From Candidatus Poribacteria bacterium (lineage in GTDB: Bacteria > Poribacteria > WGA-4E > PCPOR2b): a DNA stretch of 64,000 nt. The notes beneath the pieces are model-generated. The model searched no databases, was not told the origin of the DNA, and saw only the letters and a list, made by a program, of their open reading frames with translations. Position numbers and translations under genes: made by a program. Below are positions 20,885-30,300 of this stretch, piece after piece (position 1 is the stretch's first letter; each line of letters starts with the position of its first letter). Where the stretch lies: contig OZ242351.1 in the NCBI GenBank assembly GCA_965208675.1, positions 1,728,001-1,792,000 on the forward strand, in the 5' to 3' direction.

Positions 20885-23002
20885 ATGGCAAACACAGAAA
20901 GTCACGAACAGTTATCTAGAATTCTCAATAGTGTCGGTGATGCTGTGATTGCTACGGATCAAATGGGACTGATAACATTCATGAATCCGGTTGCCGAAAC
21001 ATTGACCGGTTGGGAAAAGGAAGAAGCGTCCGGAAAGCAATTTACTGACATTCTCAATATTAATGTTGGATCCAGCGGGAATCCCATCAAAAATACGTAT
21101 TTGATAGAGGCGCTCCAAGGTGGACCTGTTTCCTCCGAGGGATTCTCCTCTGCTTCCGAGGAGGACTATGATACCTTTCTTATTTCAAAATCTGGCCGGG
21201 AAATCCCTATTGACTATAACATCACTCCTATAAAAGATGAGGAAGAAAAACCCGCCGGCATCGTCGTAACTTTCCGCGACATCTCCAATTTTAAATCGAA
21301 GGATGAACAAACAAACCGTACCATCAGCGAGTTACGCCATCAAACCCAACTGATGGAAACTGTTTTTAATAGTATGTATGATGGTATCGCTGTCCTCAGC
21401 TTAACAAATGACATTTTGTTCCTCAATCCAAGCATACAACAAATCTTCGGTCCCGAACCTCTGAATGTCACGCCCCGCAGCAAATGGACTGAAACACACG
21501 GCGTTTTCTATTCTGACGAAAAAACACCCGTGCTATTCCATCAGATCATGTCCGCACTGATCGCCCAGGGTGGAGCGATAATAGAGCAAGAAGTTTTTGT
21601 ACGCAATAAGAATCAGGCGGAAGGAATTCACGTGAAGGCTAGTGCCCTCCCTTTATTTGATGAGAATCAGGAAGTGGTAGCCTACGTGTATGTTGTTCAC
21701 GACATTACAAAGGACAAAATAGCAGCCATACAGCTGGAAAAAGCAATGCAGGATCTGCAAAATCAGGTTCAACTGACGAATACCATTTTTGGCAGTATGG
21801 GTGATGGGGTAATCGCCGCCGATGCAAGCGGCGCATTCACAATTTTTAATCCAAGCGCGGAAAAAATTCTCGGAATCGGTCCGATAGATACAACTCCTGA
21901 AAAATGGAGTGAGGTCTACGGTTTCTTTTTCCCCGATAGAGTTACACTCTTTCCTGCAGATGAACTGCCGCTTGCCCGTGCCCTTAAAGGCGAAGCTTCA
22001 GACGAGGTAGAGATGTTCGTGCGCAACCCGAATGTGCCGGAAGGCGTTTTTATCAGCGTCAGTGGCAGGCCTCTGAATGAGGAAGACAGTATTGAAATGG
22101 GAGGCGTTATTGTTTTCCGCGATGTGTCGCATCGGGCGATTGCCGAAGAAGCGTTGACGCAAGCGTTCGCGCACGGGCGACTGGAAATTGTCGAGACCAT
22201 CCTCCATAATATTGGCAACGCCATCAACAGTGTAACGGTAGGAATTAACGTCCTTCAAGAAAATTTAGCCGATAATGAACTTCTGCACCATTTCTTCGCA
22301 TTTGCTGATGCGGTAAAATCACATCAAGGCGATTGGGTTGAATACATCAAAAATGACCCGCAAGGACAGCAGGTGCTCCCATTTTTAATCGCGGTCGCGG
22401 GAGATTTTACCGACCAGAATAAAGAAGTGGTTGAGACGCTTGAACGCGTCAGTGAAAGGGTTTCGCATATCACCGACATCATCCGTACACAGAAGTCCGC
22501 AAGTCAGCCCAGTGTAAGTCGGAAAAATATCAACCTTCAGGCAGCGATTCTGAGCGCAGTGAAATTACAGCAAGATTCCATCGACAAAAGAGGCATCCAA
22601 GTAGACATCAACTGTGAAAACGCCCCCGAAGAAATTCGGATTCAAGAGAGTCAATTCCATCAAATGTTGGTGAATCTGGTCAAAAATTCGATTGAAGCCA
22701 TTGATGAACTCGCTCGATCGGGTGTATTCAATGCATCCCCGCATATCGCGGTCAGAGCGTATACGAGCGATGATTTTCTCTGTCTTGATGTTATTGATAA
22801 TGGCATCGGTATTGCCCCGGAAAACTTGAAGCTCATTTTCGCTGCTGGTTACACAACCAAGGAATCGGGGACCGGGCTAGGTCTCCATTCAAGCGCTAAT
22901 TTTGTGATTGGATCTGGCGGGAAGATTTATCCCTTGAGCGAGGGGATTGGCAAAGGCACAACCATGCGAATCATGCTGCGTTACTCCTCCGTTATACTTT
23001 AG
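20885..23002 (+). CDS. Cytoplasmic multi-PAS sensor histidine kinase
   Basis: Three PAS-like segments (S.GDAVIATD / DGIAV / DGVIAAD), H-box LHNIGN, and NLVKNSIEA, DNGIGI, GTGLGL. RBS AAGGAG. Confidence 0.93.
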   Translation: MANTESHEQLSRILNSVGDAVIATDQMGLITFMNPVAETLTGWEKEEASGKQFTDILNINVGSSGNPIKNTYLIEALQGGPVSSEGFSSASEEDYDTFLISKSGREIPIDYNITPIKDEEEKPAGIVVTFRDISNFKSKDEQTNRTISELRHQTQLMETVFNSMYDGIAVLSLTNDILFLNPSIQQIFGPEPLNVTPRSKWTETHGVFYSDEKTPVLFHQIMSALIAQGGAIIEQEVFVRNKNQAEGIHVKASALPLFDENQEVVAYVYVVHDITKDKIAAIQLEKAMQDLQNQVQLTNTIFGSMGDGVIAADASGAFTIFNPSAEKILGIGPIDTTPEKWSEVYGFFFPDRVTLFPADELPLARALKGEASDEVEMFVRNPNVPEGVFISVSGRPLNEEDSIEMGGVIVFRDVSHRAIAEEALTQAFAHGRLEIVETILHNIGNAINSVTVGINVLQENLADNELLHHFFAFADAVKSHQGDWVEYIKNDPQGQQVLPFLIAVAGDFTDQNKEVVETLERVSERVSHITDIIRTQKSASQPSVSRKNINLQAAILSAVKLQQDSIDKRGIQVDINCENAPEEIRIQESQFHQMLVNLVKNSIEAIDELARSGVFNASPHIAVRAYTSDDFLCLDVIDNGIGIAPENLKLIFAAGYTTKESGTGLGLHSSANFVIGSGGKIYPLSEGIGKGTTMRIMLRYSSVIL

Positions 23003-23030
23003 AGAATCATCTCTGCCATTCGGTAGACGC

Positions 23031-23060
23031 GATCAAGCGAGTGGATAGCGAGCGCGATAG
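23031..23060 (+). repeat. 23-bp GATCAA unit x1 + GCGATAG
   Basis: GATCAAGCGAGTGGATAGCGAGC-GCGATAG; member of the island-wide family. Confidence 0.8.
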
Positions 23061-23104
23061 AGATCCCCTTTCCCAGCTGCGCTGAACCCAATCAATTACA
23101 AATA

Positions 23105-23171
23105 TTAACCGTTTACGCTTTACGCTTTACGCTTTACTCATTAATCGTTACCCATTACTCGTTCTCGTTAC
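23105..23171 (+). repeat. Degenerate heptamer tandem tract (TTTACGC/TTACTCA-type)
   Basis: Visible 7-nt period; a similar tract lies at 25189-25244. Confidence 0.8.
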
Positions 23172-23222
23172 GGTAGGCGAGGCTTCTCAACCTCGCCCAT
23201 TCGTAGATTATAGGATATTAAA

Positions 23223-25157
23223 ATGGAATCAAAAGAACATTGGAATTATCGTGTTTTAATCGTTGATGACGAAGCCGGAATCCACACCGACTTTAAAGAT
23301 ATGTTGAATCCCAACCGGAGGCGGACACTAACGGCTGCGCTGGCAGAGAACTTCCACGACACGGCTCCAAAGCAAAAAACCGACTTTCTACCTAACTTTG
23401 AACTCTTGCATGCGACAAGTGGTGAGGAGGCGCAGGATATTATATGCACCGCGAAGGCATCAAACCGTCCCATCGCGGTCGCGTATATGGATGTCAGAAT
23501 GCCCCCGGGCATTGACGGGGTGGAAGCAATCCGTCGAATCAGGCAGATCGAGACGGACGTCGAGATGGTCATTATGACTGCGTACACGGATAAACCGCTG
23601 CCTGAAATTGTCCGGGATATGAAATTGCTGAACAAACTGTTATATATCCGAAAACCTTTTGCACCGGAGGAGGTTCAGCAGCTAACGCTTTCGCTAGTCG
23701 AAAGGTGGAACATCCAACAAGAACTTTCCAAAAAACAACAGCAAATCGAAACAAATAATCATAACCTCGAAATCAAGAATCACAAGCTCGAAACGGTGGT
23801 TGATGCTGCGGGCGATGCCATCGGATTGTTCGATAACGAGGGAAACCTAGTGTTCGCAAATCAACACTATCAACAACTGTTTGATTCAACACAAGAAGAA
23901 CTGAGACAGATGTCGCCCGCCGAACTCAAGGCATGTATGATGTCGCGTTTCCAATTGACGGAGGTTTCGCAACCGGGGCAAGAGTTGCTCTCCGAAAATG
24001 TAAAAGACGTGGTGGAAGCGTTTGGAGAAGAGAACTCATCCGAACCGAGGTTGCTTTATCGCTCGATTACCCCGCTGCGGAATGATCAAGGCGAATCTAC
24101 GGGTAGTGTAGTCAATTACCGTGATATGTCCAAAGAGCTTGACCTCCCGCCGACAGACGTTGATATGCTCCGCTTACATGGCGAACTTGTAGCTATTCCA
24201 TCGTTTAGCGAAATTGTAGGTGAGAACCAACACATGCGGCAGATGTTCGCGTTGATGCAACGCGCGACTGAAAGTGACATCAACGTGCTAATATCCGGAG
24301 AAAGTGGGACCGGTAAAGAATTGGTCGCACGTGCAATCCACTATAATGGTCCTCGCAAAGCCGATCCCTTTATTACCGTAAATTGTGCTGCCATTCCGGA
24401 GTCCCTCGTTGAAAGCGAATTGTTTGGTCATGAACGGGGGGCTTTCACCGGTGCCGCAACCAAACGAATCGGCAAATTTGAACAAGCGAATCGAGGAACT
24501 ATCTTTTTTGATGAAATTGGCGATATGCCGTGGGTGTTGCAGGCAAAGTTGTTGCGTGTGCTCCAAGAGCAGCAGATTCAGCGCGTCGGCGGCGAAGGCG
24601 ATATCCCGGTTGACATTCGCGTGCTGACAGCGACAAATCAGGATTTAGAAGCGGGGGTGATAGCGGGCACGTTCAGAAAGGATCTTTTCTATCGGATCGC
24701 CGCGTTCCCAATCGCTATTCCGCCGCTTAGAAATAGGTGCGAAGATATTCCCCTCTTGGTGCACCATTTTCTGAAAAAATACGCTGCGAGTGCAAAGAAA
24801 TCCATTAAAGCAATTTCCACTGATGCTTTACACTTATTGATGCAGTATGACTTTCCCGGTAACGTGCGCGAGTTGGAAAACCTGATTCGCCGCGCGGTTT
24901 TGCTTGAGACCACAGACCTGTTACAACTGAGCAACCTGTCGCCGCACATTCTGTCAATGATGACTTCCCAATCTCTCTTATCTTCCCTTGACGCAACGGG
25001 AATCCTGCCTTTTGAAGAGGTCGAACGTCACGCACTTACCCACGCTCTAGAGATAATGGACTACAATGTCACGAAGGCAGCCCAAGCCCTAAAAATCGAC
25101 CGATCCACGCTTTATCGAAAAGCGAAGTTGTATAAACTGCGCCGCCCATCCCGATAG
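23223..25157 (+). CDS. sigma54-dependent response regulator (REC-PAS-AAA-HTH)
   Basis: Motifs IVDDE, MDVRMPPG, GESGTGKE, ESELFGHERGAFTGA, FPGNVREL and an HTH. Confidence 0.95.
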   Translation: MESKEHWNYRVLIVDDEAGIHTDFKDMLNPNRRRTLTAALAENFHDTAPKQKTDFLPNFELLHATSGEEAQDIICTAKASNRPIAVAYMDVRMPPGIDGVEAIRRIRQIETDVEMVIMTAYTDKPLPEIVRDMKLLNKLLYIRKPFAPEEVQQLTLSLVERWNIQQELSKKQQQIETNNHNLEIKNHKLETVVDAAGDAIGLFDNEGNLVFANQHYQQLFDSTQEELRQMSPAELKACMMSRFQLTEVSQPGQELLSENVKDVVEAFGEENSSEPRLLYRSITPLRNDQGESTGSVVNYRDMSKELDLPPTDVDMLRLHGELVAIPSFSEIVGENQHMRQMFALMQRATESDINVLISGESGTGKELVARAIHYNGPRKADPFITVNCAAIPESLVESELFGHERGAFTGAATKRIGKFEQANRGTIFFDEIGDMPWVLQAKLLRVLQEQQIQRVGGEGDIPVDIRVLTATNQDLEAGVIAGTFRKDLFYRIAAFPIAIPPLRNRCEDIPLLVHHFLKKYAASAKKSIKAISTDALHLLMQYDFPGNVRELENLIRRAVLLETTDLLQLSNLSPHILSMMTSQSLLSSLDATGILPFEEVERHALTHALEIMDYNVTKAAQALKIDRSTLYRKAKLYKLRRPSR

Positions 25158-25188
25158 GCTGGTTTCCCCATCCCACCTTACACAAACC

Positions 25189-25244
25189 TTAACCGTTTAC
25201 GCATTACGCTTTACTCGTTACGCTTTACGCTCTACTCATTACTC
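25189..25244 (+). repeat. Degenerate heptamer tandem tract
   Basis: Starts TTAACCGTTTACGC, as does the 23105 tract. Confidence 0.8.
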
Positions 25245-25271
25245 TTTTCCGCACCGATTTGCCCCGCTGAA

Positions 25272-25307
25272 TGTCGCATTCTGCGAAATTTTAGGCATTC
25301 TGCGACA
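25272..25307. promoter_or_regulatory. Paired putative enhancer (UAS) sites, TGTCGCA-N3-TGCGACA type
   Basis: TGTCGCATTCTGCGAAA and TTAGGCATTCTGCGACA, about 210-245 bp upstream of a sigma54 promoter. Confidence 0.6.
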
Positions 25308-25514
25308 AACTCCCCCGTATCCCGCTCCACTACAGCCTTTCCTCCAATTTTCTCCGATTCAATATCCGTCTTACCTATCGCATTTTCCCACGATTTCAAC
25401 CCGCGCCCAATCACGTTTCCTGCCCGTCCGTTCACTTCCCCATACCCATCAAGGCTAGGCTGCTAAAGGGTTTCTCTGTTTTTACGTAGATGAACCTTTC
25501 CCTTAGAACCGGCG

Positions 25515-25531
25515 TTGGCACGGTATATGCT
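25515..25531 (+). promoter_or_regulatory. sigma54 (-24/-12) promoter
   Basis: TTGGCACGGTATATGCT is GG-N10-GC, directly downstream of a sigma54 activator gene. Confidence 0.75.
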
Positions 25532-25541
25532 ATATTCAGAG

Positions 25542-25829
25542 AGCCAGATCGTCTTTCTCTGATTCGGCGGATTCAGACGATCGACGCAGCCAATGATCCT
25601 TCCCGCGGCAGGAGGCGACATCACGGCTACGTGATGCCTGCCGCTCCCTTTCGCCGGGGAATGGAAGGAGGGAAGGAATTTCCCTGTATTGATGCAAATG
25701 GACCTTATGTCACGCCTAATTGTGACTATTTAATGAGGGATTAGAATGCCCGCACTGTATCAAGTATGCGTTCCCTGTAACGATCCCGCCTGATTCGGGG
25801 GCGCTTGATGAACTGATTTGCCCCCTTTT
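25542..25829 (+). ncRNA. Candidate structured sigma54-dependent ncRNA
   Basis: No sizeable ORF after the promoter. Several perfect 7-8 bp helices and a final GGGGGC...GCCCCC-TTTT stem. Confidence 0.5.
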
Positions 25830-26168
25830 GATGAATTAATGATTTATTTTATCTCAAACGAATCCCGTCGCAGAATGCTAAGTTGCCATCTCAAACTAGT
25901 GCAGTTGGAGTAACCAAAACACCTCCTTTTAGTGGATGACGACAACAATATCCCCGTGCCGTAGGTTGGGAATCCCCGATAAATCGGCGAAAAGCCACAG
26001 GTGTATAGCACATCGGTAAAACAATTCTCCAATCCTCAGTGGGGCGGCATGGGTGCCGTAAAGTACGTTATTTCTGTTATGTACCGGATATGAAAACTCG
26101 ATTTACAGGCTGTCTAGCAACTTGCATTAAGACTGCCACTTTTTTTTATTTCACAAGGAGATTTAAAT

Positions 26169-27125
26169 ATGTTCGATCCCAAGCGAATCCGTAGATTCGT
26201 ATTTGGTTTTGTTTTCCTCGCTTTATTAGCCATCCCTGCTTTTGCGCAGGCTGACAGCTCCGCCGTTTGCCTCATCGGTGATCATCTCGGCATCCCTGAA
26301 TCCGACGCGCAGACCGCGGCGATGTTGGCGTGCGATGAATTGCGCAAGCAGGGCATATCAATTACCGATCCCGTCTACGAGGCACCCGCTTCGGCAGATG
26401 CTTACCGCATTGTTTTGCGCCGGCTGGGCGAGAAGATTTTCGTGCGATTGAGTCACGAGAGTCCTATCGGCACGATTATCACCGAACGGTAGCTGACCTT
26501 GGCAAGTATCGAAGAGATTATACCCGCGACGCCCAGACTGGTTGACGCTCTTTTACACAACAAGCCGATTCATGATACGGTTGGCATAGAAAATGTCACT
26601 GAACAGGAAGCTCGCGAGCTCCGGAAGATATCGGGTGAGTCTCATTGGAATATAGGATTTTTCGGCGCATTCATCCCTAGCACTGACATTAATGGCACAC
26701 CCGGCTATCGGCTTGGTTAGTCCTATGAGTTGCCCTCCTACGCCGTGGAGACAGAGGGACGAATCATCGCAGGCAAAGACAACGGTGACGATCTTTCATT
26801 TGCCGCTTTTTCGGTAGGTATGCTCTACTTCTTCAGCAAACAGAATATATCACCTTATGTAAGTGCGGGAATGACTGCCGCTCGTGCATGGAGAACACAT
26901 GGCAATTCAGTTACAGACCTAGAACGGGGAATGGGTGTCTATACTGCTGGCGGCCTGCAGATGCTGTGTACCACTCAGAATCGTTTGAAGTTGGAATTGC
27001 GCGTAGATAAACCTTTTTTCTCGCTCCCCGACCAGTCCGTTGTGCCCGTAACAATCGGGCTTTTCTATTCCCGGCATTATGTTCCCGGTGGTAGCTCGGG
27101 TTGTATGTCTGGTTGTCTATTCTGA
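26169..27125 (+). pseudogene. Secreted/outer-membrane beta-barrel-like protein with two in-frame TAG stops
   Basis: ORFs 26169, 26499 and 26730 share one frame, with stops at 26490-26492 and 26718-26720. Signal peptide ending AFA, RBS AAGGAG, and amphipathic beta-strands at the C-terminus. Confidence 0.8.
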
Positions 27126-27228
27126 TTCTAAGTCTGTTTGAATCAGTCTTCCCCTCAATAGAATAGGTCTTGTTGACATCTGAAGAATTAAACCAATCAT
27201 ACGGTTCTTGAGACGATTTCGGATCTTT

Positions 27229-27255
27229 GCAGGTCGATTTCCAAAATCGACCTGC
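27229..27255. promoter_or_regulatory. Perfect 12-bp inverted repeat upstream of the LRR gene
   Basis: GCAGGTCGATTT-CCA-AAATCGACCTGC; function unknown. Confidence 0.5.
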
Positions 27256-27330
27256 TGTGAATATAGACCTGCTGCGTCCAACACCCGTTTATTGAGTTTC
27301 GTCACCTGAATTACATAAGGAGACAGACCA

Positions 27331-30300
27331 ATGCCGAAACGACGTTTCTGTTTTACGTTTTTCGTGCTGATATGCTTTTCACTTCCATTCACAGTAACCG
27401 CACAAACGGTAAACATCCCTGACGACAACCTCCGCGCTATTATTGAGAACGCACTCGGCAAGGCACCGGGCGACACTATCACCGCCGCAGAAATGGAGAT
27501 CTTCACCATAGCTAATCTTCCTAATGCGAACATTCGCGATTTGACCGGCCTTGAATACGCAATCAACTTGACAAACCTGAATCTGGGACCTGTGAGGGAG
27601 GGAGAGTCTGTGCGTCAAAGCAACATCCTATCCGACATCTCACCTATAGCGGGATTAACTAACCTAGAAGAACTCAATCTTGAATTCACCTTCTTATCCG
27701 ACATTTCGGCTCTGCAGGGATTAAACAACCTGACAAAACTGTATCTTGGGGGCAACGTAATATCTGATATCTCGCCCTTAGCCGGATTAAATAAACTGAT
27801 GTACCTAGGACTTGAAAATACCTTCCTATCCGACATTTCGCCTCTACAGGGATTAAACAACCTGCAATTTCTTGCTCTTCATGAAAACTCCATATCGGAC
27901 ATCTCGCCCTTAACCGGATTAAATAACCTGACATGGCTGTTTCTTTCAGGCAACTCCATAACCGACATTTCGCCCCTCCTTGAAAATACAGGATTGGGGC
28001 GGGCAGACATCGTGGATGTAACTGACAATCCCCTCAACGCCGCATCCATCAACGACCACATCCCCGCCCTCCAAAGCAGAGGGGTTAACGTGTTATTTGA
28101 TGCGGTCGTAGCAGAACCGGTGGTTATTCCCGACGCCAACCTCCGTGCTGCCATTGAGAATGTACTCGGCAAAACGTCGGGCGCAGCTATCACCACGGTG
28201 GATATGGGGACTTTGACCGAGCTTCGGGCGCCAAACGCCAACATTACCGCATTGACTGGGCTTGAAGCGGCAACCAATCTGAGGACACTGGATCTTGGTT
28301 CTGAACGTGTGGACGGGCGTTGGATGAATAGCAACTCCATATCCGATATCTCGCCTTTAGTGCACTTAACCAACTTGAAATACCTGTATCTTGACCGCAA
28401 TTCCGTATCCGACATATTGCCTTTAGCGCAATTAAGCAACTTGGAAGAACTGATTCTTCGGGGCAACTCCATATCCGACATCTCACCGCTAGCGAACTTA
28501 ACCAATCTGGCATGGCTGGTTCTTACGGACAACTCCATATCCGATATCTCGCCGCTAGCAAACTTAACCAGCCTAGAATACCTGTCTCTTGGAACCAACT
28601 CCATATCCGACATCTCGCCTCTGGCAGAATTAAACAACCTGACACGCCTGTCTCTTGAAATCAACTCCATATCCGATATCTCACCGCTAGAAAACTTAAC
28701 CAGCCTAGAATACCTGTCTCTCTGGTACAACTCTATATCCGATATCTCGGCTGTGGCAGGGTTAAACAACCTGACATACCTGTCTCTTGAAATCAACTCC
28801 ATATCCAACATCTCACCGCTAGCGAACTTAACCAGCCTAGAAAACCTAGGGCTTACTGGCAACTCCATATCCAACATCTCGCCTCTGGCAGGACTAAACA
28901 ACCTGACACGCCTGTCTCTTGAAATCAACTCCATATCCGACATCTCGGGGCTGGCAGGATTAAACAACCTGACGCAACTGGTTCTTCACGACAATTCCAT
29001 ATCCGACATCTCACCCCTCGTCGCAAATACAGGACTGGGGAGTGGAGACACGGTGGATGTACGCGAAAATCCCCTCAATGATGCCTCCATCAACGACCAC
29101 ATCCCCACCCTCCAAAGCAGAGGGGTTGACGTGTTATTTGATGCGGTCGTAGCAGAACCGGTGGTTTTTCCCGACGACAACCTCCGCGCCGCGATTGCGG
29201 ACGCTCTCGGCAAAACGTCGGGCGACGCTATCACCACGATGGATATGGAAGCTTTAACTGAACTTGACGCATCATATGCAGACGTCACCGATTTGACCGG
29301 GCTTGAAGCCGCAACCAACCTGACACAACTATTCCTTGGATTCAACGCTTTATCCGACATCTCCCCTGTAGCCGGATTAACCAACCTAACAGAACTGTCG
29401 CTTGACCTAAATGCCATATCCGACATCTCGCCTTTGGCAGGTTTAACCAACCTGACATTCCTAGATCTGTCCTCTAACCCCATATCTGACATCTCGCCTC
29501 TGGAAGGTTTAACTAACTTGACAGATTTAGTACTTTCGGACACCCTCATAGCCGACATCTCGCCTGTGGCGGGATTAACTAACCTGACAGACCTTGATCT
29601 TTGGGGCAGCGCCGTATCTGTCTTATCGCCTCTAGCAGCAAATATGGGGTTAGGGGAGGGAGATTGGGTGGATGTAACCGGAAATCCCCTCAATCAAGAA
29701 TCCATCAATACCCACATCCCTGCACTCCGGAGCAGAGGGGTTACCGTTGAATCTGACGCGGTCATAACCGAACCGGTGGCTATTACCGACGACAACCTCC
29801 GCGCTAAAATCGAGGAAGCGCTTGGCAAAGCGTCGGGCGACACCATCACCACCGCGGATATGGCGAATTTGACTGTGCTACACGATGCAGAAAATGCCAA
29901 CATTACTGATTTAACCGGGCTTGAAGCTGCAATCAATCTGCGGGGGCTGGAGATTTGGGGAAACTCCATATCCGACATCTCACCTCTGGCAAACTTAACC
30001 AACCTGACACACCTGTGGCTTGGGAGGAACTCCATATCCAACATCTCGCCTCTGGCAAACTTAACCAGCCTAGAATTCCTGTCTCTTGGAATCAACTCCA
30101 TATCCGACATCTCACCTCTGGCGAACTTAACCAGCCTAGAAACCCTGTCGCTTGGGGTTAACGCCATATCCGACATCTCGCCTCTGGCAAACTTAACCAG
30201 CCTAACAGACCTGGGGCTTTACGGGAACGCTATATCCGACATCTCGCCTCTGGCGGGATTAAACAACCTGACAGATCTGAATCTTGGGGGCCACTCCATA

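Noticed and set aside
25490-25744. 84-aa ORF
   Set aside because: It starts upstream of and runs through the sigma54 promoter, has no RBS and has no recognisable motif.
26490-26720. Pyrrolysine or amber recoding
   Set aside because: The contexts suggest different original residues (Gln, Trp), many intact genes here end in TAG, and no pyl genes are seen.
27879-30176. Long antisense ORFs over the LRR gene, and off-frame ORFs over the WD40 genes (e.g. 56422-57645)
   Set aside because: These are shadows of repetitive coding sequence with no independent protein features.
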